From Camelus dromedarius (taxonomy: Eukaryota), in NCBI RefSeq assembly GCF_036321535.1, contig NC_087472.1:100690001-100754000 (forward strand): a DNA stretch of 64,000 nt, in the 5' to 3' direction. Both the position numbers and the translations under genes were made by a program. How positions within the stretch are numbered: position 1 is the first letter of the stretch; each line of letters starts with the position of its first letter. The notes under the pieces are model-generated. The model saw only the letters and a list, made by a program, of their open reading frames with translations. It had not been told where the DNA came from and made no database searches. Below are positions 53,844-64,000 of this stretch, in pieces.

Positions 53844-54219
53844 GATTGCTGTTTAGTATTTTTAAATTTTTAAGTAAAAATAGGGAACAAATATTTTTTA
53901 AAAGAACAATCTCCATTAGAGAAAATTTCCATTTGTCATAGCTTAAAGCATAAAACTTCAAAGCCAAAAATGCTAGATTGCCTTTGTAGGATTCTCAGCA
54001 CTTAGAGAAAATGACTAAATGTATTTCTAAGTGGACTCAAGGGAAGAAATAAAAAAATATATAGTGTTCTCAAAGTGCTCTACAGAGAAAAAAAAAAGGC
54101 AATAGATTATTAATTTAAAACCCACTGATATAAAATTTTAAGTGTAAAGTGACATTCAGGAGAAGGAAATTACAAAGTTTAATTTCTAGTTTTTGGATAA
54201 GTTCCAGTTTTACAAGTCA

Positions 54220-55180
54220 GGGCAGCATATCAAAAGGAGCATGAACTTTGGAATCTGTCAGAGCTGGTACCAATTCAGGCTCAGCGACTAACTGGTACAT
54301 GACTTTGGACAGCTCTTTAAGTCTCAATTTCTTCATATATAAAAAGAAACTAATCAAAGCCTCCTCTCAGAGTTCTGGCAAGAAGCAGAAATAATAAATG
54401 TAGTAGGCATTCAATAAATGACTGCTGTTGTTGTTCTCTTGTCTGTTGCATATCACAAAAGAAGCACTATAACAATAATAATAAAAATAATAAAACAACT
54501 ATGATACTTTTCTACATGGAACGTGGACAGCCCACAAGCAAGGGACAGCCTCAATTTTATATGTAAGCTACTCTTCCTCAAAAATGCCATTATACTCCGG
54601 AGGCAGAGTGCTGTAGTGGGGCCAAATGACCAAGAGAGGGAAAAACCCTTCACACTATTCCGACCATGAGAAACAAGAAGCAAGCTCTAGGTCTGGCTCT
54701 GCCATTTACTAGCTGTATGTTCTTAAGCAAGTCACTTTGCCTTTCAAAGCCTCAGTTTCCATTTCTGCAAACAGAACAATCCTTCACAGATCATGAAGAT
54801 CAAATGTATATGAAAGGGTCTGTCCAACTATAAAAGCACTACACAAATAAAAGGGACTTTATATAAGTACATTTCATTAAAGCTAGTTTCCAAGAACAGC
54901 AAGTTTGAAAGGTGCCATAAAAGGGTGTAATGGTTGATGGCAAAAAAACACTGTAGTCAGAACCCTTTGGGATCAAATCCCAGTTTGGGTTCAAATCTCT
55001 GGCAGTTATTAGTTATATGACCTTGACAAGTATTTACCTCACTGAGCACAAGCTTCTTCAACAATACAAATAACAATAATAGCACTTTCTTCAGGTTTAT
55101 TGTAAGGATTAAATAAAATATATGTAGAATATTTTGGATACTCTCTGGAATATAGTTAGTAATAAGGAAATAGTAACTAT
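54220..55180 (+). mobile_element. Cluster of three MIR fragments
   Basis: Repeated MIR cores near 54300, 54740 (GCCTCAGTTTCC) and 55030. Confidence 0.6.
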
Positions 55181-55699
55181 TATTTTCTATCAAGACCTTA
55201 TACATAGCCCTTGATACAGAAATTTCATGTCTAATCACCTGAACGTGGGAATAATCCAAAATGAGGAAAAAATTTTACACAAAGAAATTCTTCAATGTGT
55301 TATTTACATTAATAAAAAGAAAATGTCTTATATTAGAGGAATAATTATATTATGGTCTATCCACTAATGGCACATTTAGTAATGGCTAAAATGATGTTTA
55401 TAAAACATTTATAACAACTTGAGAAATGTTTATATATCAATGTCTTAGTGCCAAAAGCAAGGCTATAAAAAACTAATTTTTAGGATGATCAAAAATATAC
55501 ACGTACCAATTTTTGATACAAAAATATACACATACCAAAAAAAACTGGGTAGTAGAATAATGAGCAATTATTAATTATGTCCAACTGCTTTACTGTATTT
55601 TACAATATTTCTAAATGGGAAAAACTTTATGGTAAATATAAGTAAACACATTGTATTAGTTTTCAGCAGATTTATTATTATGAAATTGTAATAAACATT

Positions 55700-58190
55700 G
55701 ATATGTTCAACAAGAGATAATGGAAGAACACAAAAAATTATAAGGGAATACTCTGAACATGTGCTAATAAATTAAATAACTTAGATGAAATGGACAAATT
55801 CTTAAAAGGACACAAACTACTGAAAATGACTCAAGAAGAAATAGAAAATCTGAATAGACCTATAACAAGAGTAAAATAAGTAATCAAAAAAATACCCAGT
55901 AAGAAAGGCCCATGCCCAGGTAGCTTCACTGACAAATTCTACCAAACATTAAAAGAATTAATACCAATTCTTCACAACTCTTTTAAAAGGTGGAAGAGAG
56001 AGAATACTTTCCAACTCATTCTATAAGGCTAGTACTACTTTGATATCAAATCCAGACAAAGACATCACAGGAAAAAGAAAAATATAGACCAATATCTCTT
56101 ATGAATATATATGCAAAAATCCTAAACAAAATACTAGCAAATTGAATCCAGCAACATATAAAAAGGATTGTACACCATGATCAAGTGGGGATTTATCCCA
56201 GGAATACAAAGTTGGTTTAATATCTGAAATTCAATTAATGTATACTATATCATAGAATAAAGGAAAACTACATGATCATTTCCATGCATGCAGATAAGAC
56301 ATTTAACAAAAATAGATACCACTTTTTAATTTAAAAAATTAATAAACTACAAATAGGAATGAACTTTCTCAACCCAATAAAGAGCATCTACAAAAAAGCC
56401 ACAGCTAATATCATACTTTAAGGTGAAAGACTGAATGCTTTCCCTCTAAGATCAAAAACAAGACAAGGAAGCCTACTCTCACATTTCTATTCAATATTAA
56501 CAGAGATTCTAGCCAGGATAATTTGGCAAGAAAGTGAAATAAAAGGCAAAGAATAGAAAGGAAGAAGGAAAACTACTTCTATTTTCAGATGACACGATTT
56601 ATAAACAGAAAATCCTAAAGAATACACTAAAAATGTATTAGAGCTAAGAAATGAGTTCAGCAAAGTCTCAGGATACAAGAGCAATACACAAAAATCAATT
56701 GCTTTTCCATACACTTGCAATGGACAACCCAAAAATGAAATTAAGAAAACAATTTCACTTACAATAGCATCAAAAAGAATAAAATATTTGGGCTAAATTC
56801 TACAAAAGAAGAGTAAAACTGAACACTATAAAAGATATTAAACACTGTTAAAAGATATTAAAGAAGACCTAAATAAGTGGAAAGATACCCATGTTCATGA
56901 ATCAGATGATTTAACTGTTGAGACAGCAATATTTCCCAAATTGATTGAGAACAGTCTTTTCAACAAATGGTGCTGGAACAACTGGATATTCACATGCAAA
57001 GGATAAATTTATATCCCTACCTCATACCATATATGAAAATTAACTCAAAATTGATCAAGAACTAAATGTAAGAGGTAAAAATAAAATTCTTAGAAGAAAA
57101 CATAGCACAAATAACCTTGGATTTGGTCCAAAAGTACAAGCAACTAAAGAAAAAAGAAATTGGACTTCATCAAAATTAAAGCCTTTGTGCTTCAAAGGAC
57201 ATCATCAAGAAAGTGAGAAGACAACCCATTGAATCGGAGAAAATATTTGCAAATCATATATTTGATAAGGAACTTGCAACTAGAATATAAAAATCACACT
57301 TACAAAAAATAATATAAAAATAAATAACTCAATTTAAAAATCAGCAAATGATCTGAAAAGACATTTCTCCAAAAAAGATCTACAAATGGCTAATAAAACA
57401 CACGAAAAGATCCTTAATATTCTTAGTTATTAGGGAAATGCAAATGGAAACCCTAATGAGATACCACTTCATACCCACTAGGATAGGTATAATGAAAAGG
57501 AAAGACAATAACAAGTGTTGCCAAGGATATGGAGAAATAAGAACCTTCATACATTGCTGGTGAGAATGTAAAATAGTGCAGCCACTTGGGAAAACAGTTT
57601 GGAAATTTCTCAAAATGTTAAACTGAGCTACCATGTGACCCAGCAATTCTACTCATAGGCATATACCCAAGAGAGCTGAAAACATGTGTTTACACAATAA
57701 TTTGTACATGAATGTTCATAGTAGCATTGCTCACAATAGTAAAAAAGTAGAAACGATCCAAATGCCCATCAGTTGATGAATGCATGAATACAATGTAACA
57801 TATTCATACAACGGAATATTATTCAGCAATAAAAAGGAATGAAGTTCTGATTCATGACACAACATGAATGAACTTCAAAATATTATGCTCAATAAAAGAA
57901 GTCAGACACAAAAGACTCCATACTGTCTGATTACATTTATATGAAATGTCCAGAATAGTCCAAATCTATAGAGACAGAAAGTAGATTTGTGATTGCCTAG
58001 GGCTGGGGAGGTGTAGGGTAGGGGAGCGCCTATTAATGGTTTTTGGAGCAGGGGCGGGGATGAAAATATTCTAAAATTGATTGTAGTGATGGTTGTATGG
58101 CTCTATGAATATAAAAAAAATCACTGAATCACTTTAAACTGGTGAATTATGTAGTATGTGAATTATATCTCAATAAAGCTGCCTTTTTCA
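55700..58190 (+). mobile_element. L1 (L1MB-like) ORF2 part + 3' UTR
   Basis: RT-region and C-terminal ORF2 relics, internal deletion near 56945, 3' end CTCAATAAAGCTG. Confidence 0.88.
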
Positions 58191-58199
58191 AAAAGTGAT

Positions 58200-58812
58200 C
58201 TAGGAAAAGAATTTGGCATTTCCTCAAAAAGGTAAGCATAGACTTACCATATGACCCTGAAATCCCACTACTAGGTATAAACCCAAAAGAATTGAAAACA
58301 GGCACTCAAATAAGTACATATCCACTCATGTTTATAGTAGCACCATTCACAATAGCCAAACAGGTAGAAACAACCCAAATGTCCATCAACAAGTGACTGG
58401 ATAAACAAAATGTGATATATACATACGATGAAATAATATCCAGCCTCAGAAAGGGAAGAAGTACTCATAGATGCCATATCATGGATGAACCTCAAAAACA
58501 TTATGCTAAGTGAAAGAAGCCAGACACAAAGGGTAACATTTTGTCAGTCTATTTATATGACATGTCCAGAACAGGTAAATTCATAGAAAAAGAACATAGA
58601 TTGATGGTTTCCAGGGGCTGGGGGAAGAGGGAAATAGGAAGAAAGTGCTTAATAGATCAGTTCACTTTGGAGTGATGGAAATGGTCTGGAACTAGACAGA
58701 AGTGATGGTTACACAACTTTGTGAATGTACCAAATGCCACTGAATTGTTCCTTTTAAAGTGGTTAATTCTGTGTTACCTGAATTTCACCTCAATAAATTA
58801 TTTAAAAGAAAA
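58200..58812 (+). mobile_element. Second L1MB-like 3' end, tandem to the previous element
   Basis: TTACCATATGACCC..AATGTACCAAATGCCACTGAATTG..CCTCAATAAA. Confidence 0.85.
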
Positions 58813-60057
58813 AGCAGTCCAAAATTTGAAGTTAATAATTCCATTTACATGCAACATTTTAAAAGTCGAAAAGTATTTCAAAAAGAGAGAATTTACAAGT
58901 TGGTCTTGGCTTTTTTTTTTAACCTAAAGAAACTTGATTAAAATTTTAAAACTCTGAGTAATCTTAGATATAAAAAGAGAATTACTCTCTTTACCCTCAT
59001 AATAAATTACTACCATGGAATTAGTTCAGTTGGAGCTTTGAAAGATTTATTTCATGACATGCTTAGATCTGAGAGTGAATGCATCTCCCGTTGCCCCACT
59101 GTCAGAGATTAACTTGCTAACTCACCGGCACAAATCAGCTGGGAGCAAGACCAGTATCTGAATCTCAAAGGAAAATATCCCACACAAATTAGAATCAAAT
59201 ACTCTGCATCCTAAACTCTACATCTTAAGCCTAGGTAAACTTCCAAAACCAAGATGTGAAATAGAAATTGAGAAAATTATCTATAAGCTAGATAACAAAG
59301 GAATGGAGTTTCACAGTAAGTTACTCACATAATCATCCCAGCTTGTTTATTTTTGGTTTAATTTGTATGTGGAGACTAAGTTCCTTAAACACTCAAGTGA
59401 GTTTCAACTAGATTCTAGTATCTCTGAGAAAAGCTCAGTAGCAAATAAACAAAGGAAACACTGGACTCTAATTATATGGGGGTAGTGGGGGGCAAGTCAT
59501 CTATTTAGAAACAGCACACATTTTGGGAAGCAGATGATCTAGGATTTCCCAAATTCTGCCTAGAATAGTCTAAAAACATGAAGCAAATCCCATGAAGTTC
59601 TGTTTGAATAGCTATAAACAGTAATCTGATCATTGAGTTATAAAATCTAACAAAAATTCAATGATGCTACCAAATGTCACGTAGGTATGGATATAGCTAT
59701 TTATAAGAATACTGAATAAACAGATGTAAATTTACAGCGAGGCTTTCTTGTTCCCTGCCACTGAGTTTTAAATTGAGATTTTATATTGGTACATTTTCAA
59801 CTGAAATCAAATCAAATATAAAATATCTCTTGGATAATACTTTATGGTACATCATAAATTCAAAGCTACATCTTCCTAAAGGTAGTTTCCTACTCTATCC
59901 CAATATTTAACCTTCAGTTCAAATGAGGATGCCTCCTGCAAAATCTCTCTGGGCAGCTGGAGAACTGTGTAAGTGAGAAGGGGGGGGTGGGGCAGAGGGT
60001 AAACCCAGCTCACTCTCCCCTTTTATCCAGGAAGACAGGCACACTTCTAGCACTCAC

Positions 60058-60109
60058 CTTTCTCAGATTTCTTGTCTTTCGTTGCAGTTGTTGAAGTACC
60101 ACAGCCCAT
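60058..60109 (-). CDS. PPEF1: PPEF1 coding exon 1 (MGCGTSTTATKDKKSEK+1 nt)
   Basis: ATG at 60109 (gacATGG context), donor AAG|GTGAGT. Phase 1 matches exon 2. MGC..S N-terminus is typical of PPEF1. Confidence 0.88.
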
Positions 60110-61642
60110 GTCTTCTAAATTATGTGTGCTTATGAATTCAACTTCTCATTCTAAAACAGTGTGAAAAGTGCTTTCCTTTATGCTGCGAGGAGCCCTTCCT
60201 GGCTGATCCGCTTCAGTCATAGATCCTGATGAGGCAGACACACGAGGGAGGGAGGAGAGCACCCGTTAACAACAAGGTATCTAAGAGCCGCTCAGCAGGA
60301 TTCATTTTATGCTTCTTCTCAACTGCTGTTCATCATGTGATGTGGAAAGTGATCAGACATAATCTAATCCTGGTTTATTTTCCAAAACACAGCAGCAGCA
60401 ACAGAGCAGCTATAGATGGCTTTTCTGCAACACATAAATTATATTTTCCCCATGTCTAGGTCAAATCAATGCTTTATAAAATAAAGCATTAAATCCTATA
60501 CCCAATAAAGCTGAGCACTTTTTAATATAAAAATAAACAAAAACAAAGCATTAAAAATGAAAAAAAAAGTAAGAGTGTACAACTTTCTAATTGAAATATA
60601 GGGAATGGGATATGAAGGGTTTGACATAATTTAATGGTTTTGGTTTTAAGCTCAAAATAATTAAGTCTATCTGGGCTTTTAAAAACACACACTGGAGAAT
60701 GCCTATGAGACAATAACAACATATTTATACAACTATGCCAAAATTCAAATCAAAATGAGTTCTTCCACACTATTTCTCAGAATCAGTCTAGGTAGTTGTT
60801 CAAAATTTTTTTTAAAAGGCTCAAGGCCACTCCAAAGACTAAGGCATCAGAATCCAAGGAATGCCCTTTTCAAACAAGCTATCGAGGCACTCCTGAGGCC
60901 CCTCCGAAGTATGCCCTCACACTCACCAGGCCTTCCAATGGGTTAGCTGGAACTGCTACACTGGTTATTCCACAGTCACTCCATGGGAGTTTTCAACAAA
61001 ATTCCTTTCTGTAGTAATCCCACCTCATGCCTTTCTTTAGGTGATGTTTCTTTCATTTCATGATTCTCCAAACCAGCCTGATCTAATCTATTTGTACTTC
61101 TTGATAGTGACAAAGTCAGAGAACAACTGACTTCAGACTCTGCCAGGCATGCCTATTTTTCCATTAGTACTACACTAAAACCTTCAAAATTATGGCTCAA
61201 CTAAAGAAAAGGGCAAAATAAAATAAGCAAAATATCTGAATTATGGAAAACCTTTCTAAACAACAATAACCTTAATAAACAGGCATTCTGATCAGACCTA
61301 GACTTGATTCTTTATGTATTAAATTAATTAACCCTCTTAAACTTTGGCTTATTTCCAAATTTGATAGGCATTTATCTTTCTTAACTACATCGTGGATAAA
61401 AAATGTTAACAGGGTCAGCTCCAAAAGCAGAAAAGCCTTGTGGCATTCCACCCTAGACCATTCTCCAAGGTTACCACAGATCCATTATATTCACACTCTC
61501 TGAGCATAGTTCTTCAGTTAGGCGGCAAATTCACCCACCATAATAACTATCCAGTTATTTATGAGACATCCTAGGAAGTTTCCCTAAATATTTTAATGAA
61601 ATTAAGATATATAATTTGACACCTTGACATTCCAGACTATCT

Positions 61643-61669
<27 letters not shown>
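61643..61669. repeat. (CAG)9 / (CTG)9 repeat
   Basis: Read directly. Confidence 0.95.
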
Positions 61670-61674
<5 letters not shown>

Positions 61675-61824
61675 GAGAAAGAGGAGAAGAAGGAAGGAAG
61701 GAAGTCAGTTTGGCATTATTTTCAATGACAGAATCATAGAAGTTTAAAATGAGAGAGACCTATAAAATTACCTAGACTTCACATAAAGCGCAAGAAAGCT
61801 AAGCAACTTGCCTAATATCATATA

Positions 61825-62060
61825 GACAAACTGGTTGTCAAACTTTGTTGCAAATTAGCATCATCCGGGGAGCTTTTAAAACTCAATGCTCAGACAGCAC
61901 CTCAACAAATTAGGGTCTGTGGGGATTTAAAAAATAGTGATGCCTGGGTGCCATCCCCAGAGATTCTGATGTAATTGATATTGGGTGGGGGCTGGATAGT
62001 AAGAGTTTTTAAAGGTCCCCAGGTGATTCTAATGTACAGCAAAGTTTGACATTCTCTAAT
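61825..62060. mobile_element. MER5A-like hAT MITE
   Basis: CCCCAGAGATTCTGAT..CCCCAGGTGATTCTAATGTACAGC. Confidence 0.7.
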
Positions 62061-64000
62061 AGAGACATTGTTCTAGCGAACCCATGACGATGCCTATCGA
62101 TCATCACACTTTTGTCTAAATGCTTTGACTCCATCTGTTTGGAACAGATTTTTTCCAGAGGTCATGTCAGGCTTATAAGGCAGTGTCTTCTAGCATCTAC
62201 TCTTTTTTCACTTTTGAAACCAGGGCACTATTTACCTATGGCCTGCCTTCTCTTCATTCTCAGAAATTTCTCAAAGGTTATCTGCAGTGCCTATGAGAAC
62301 ACGTCTGCTGGTTCTTCATCGCCCTTTGAAGTAGTTCATTTGGTCCTGGTGACTTTCTCCAAGTGCCTAGATCCAGGCTCTCATATATGAGTATCACAAA
62401 ACTTACCAGGAGAGATTATTTTAAAACGCAGACTCCCAGGCCTTATCACCAATACTTGGAGTCAAGCATTCAGGGGGCCTGGGAATCTGGAATTAGAAGT
62501 GCACCCTTCATGGGACTTTGACACAAGCACTCCCCATATCTCAGTTTGAGAAACACTGCTCTCCATATCTCCCTTGGTCTTTGCGTCCATCTTTATGCTA
62601 TTTTTTTCTACCCCTTTTTATGAATACTTAAGAGTTGTGCATTGAGTAGGCAACACCAGTTCAACAAGATGAAGTGATATATTTCAATCTCAATTTTTTT
62701 TCTAGGAAAAAAAAAAAGCAGTCTCTCTCCAAAGGCATTTGGTTCCCAGCCACCCTCAGTTAATTCATTACACAACAAACAAAGGTCTATATAAAAGATT
62801 CACTAGGAACTAAAAAGTGTCAGACTTGAATATATTTCTGCTAGATTGTAAGGTCTATGGGTACCTTTTTTCTAAACACTCCTTGAATCTCTGGCACCTA
62901 CACAGTGCCTTTCACACAGCAGGTGTTTGACAAATGACAAATGAGTGAATGAATATTTCTGAGCCTGAATCCTTTAAATAATTAATGATAAAAGTCATTA
63001 TTAGTCCATCATTTTGTGCACAGATACATATTTGACTACACAAAAGCCTTTTATTAAACCAGAAAATGGGTAGCACTTATATATCCATTTCTAAAGAAAA
63101 TTTTAAAATCATGATGGAAAGAAATGAGACTTGTTCTAGAATTCTTGGGTTGTTATAAAAAAAAATCATTTGTTTTAGAATTTTTACATCATTAAATAAT
63201 AATTATTAAACAAGTTTTTTTTTTTAATGTTTCCCTCCCTCAGGTAACAGGTAAAACAAAACAAAACCAAAAAGAGTCAGCTCATTTTAATTCTCACCAA
63301 AACAAGAACTGGGTAAGGCCAAGTGCCACTTACTACCCCAACACTGCCCAACCTGGACTACAGTCACTCACTTAAAGGCAGAGAGGGACTCACGTTTGTA
63401 AGCAGTGTATGTGCCTTTGAGGACATCTCTAGGTGGTGCAAAGCTGATAAAAATTATTTGGGGATTTTTCATGATTTGGGACAATCTAAGCTTCTTCCAC
63501 TCCCTGCCCTCTGTCAGCACTTGATAAGCACTTGGTGTGCTAAAGAAGCTTCTGAAGAAATGGTTTCCTGGGGCCTGAAAGGGGTTCTTCAGCTCAAGAG
63601 GTGGGGAGTTTCTGCAGCATTCACAGAGACCAAGCATACCTTAGTCAGTGACATAAACCACTGAAAAGGTGGATCTTGGCAAAAAAAACAGCCTGAAACT
63701 TGCTCAGTGCTGCTGCCCCTACCAACACAGGCCAAGGATGGTTTTAAAGCATAAACATAAACTAGTGACTCATCATTCACTTATAATCTGCAAAAGGAGA
63801 CTCTTCTGAGGCTTCTGCTAAAAGGCTTTTACTGTGCATGTTGGGGAGGGGTGTGGTTTGAGCAGCAGAGGGGCGGTGGGGGTGGGGAGAACTGAAGGGT
63901 AGGACTGTTTGATGTTGTTCAGTTCTTTTCATCTTAACCACTTTTTATTTCCCAAGGTGAAAATACAAGGAAAGCACAAAAGATGGCTGTTAGAGCCAAC

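Larger units (their letters stand above)
6..60109 (-). other. PPEF1: PPEF1 gene, 5' part (start codon through coding exon 7; 3' exons lie beyond position 1)
   Basis: Seven exons of 52+128+61+164+115+47+167 nt join with compatible phases into one open frame: MGCGTS..IQNWYRGYSAR..IFQSIEYADEQGQ..DVPDSY.GPRLQFPL..GDLHGKLDDL..NGLPS..GDFVDRG..LNRGNHEDFMMN. This matches recalled PPEF1 rather than PPEF2. Confidence 0.95.

Noticed and set aside
63215..63256. Strong plus-strand acceptor followed by GT (tccctcag|gtaacag|gtaaa), resembling a recursive splice site or micro-exon
   Set aside because: Antisense to PPEF1 with no evidence of a plus-strand transcript.
1..64000. CRISPR arrays, operons or other prokaryote-type systems; processed pseudogenes; snoRNA/miRNA genes
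   Set aside because: The sequence is mammalian intronic DNA. I recognised no spaced repeat array, retrocopy or structured RNA, though an Rfam/Infernal scan would be needed to exclude small RNAs.

Overview
Mammalian genomic DNA, AT-rich and repeat-dense. The tRNA-derived SINE family present points to a camelid. The window holds the 5' half of PPEF1 (EF-hand serine/threonine phosphatase of the rdgC/PPP family) on the minus strand. Seven coding exons (60109-60058, 37152-37025, 34390-34330, 25989-25826, 18106-17992, 14701-14655, 172-6) splice into an uninterrupted 734-nt frame. It encodes the MGCGTS acylation signal, an IQ motif and the GDLHG, GDFVDRG and RGNHE catalytic motifs; the gene continues past position 1. 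The intron after coding exon 4 uses a non-canonical GC donor. Intron 1 carries an ~8-kb decayed class I-like provirus (45835-53843) with two 391-bp LTRs, a tRNA-Leu PBS, gag, integrase-tail and env relics and no recognisable RT; a different solo LTR is nested inside it. The rest is L1, L2, MIR, MaLR/ERVL LTRs, Tigger/hAT MITEs, SINEs and microsatellites. I found no evidence for a new biological system. The most notable items are the GC-AG intron and the nested mosaic provirus. Repeat family names are from recalled consensus sequences, and boundaries of old repeats are approximate.
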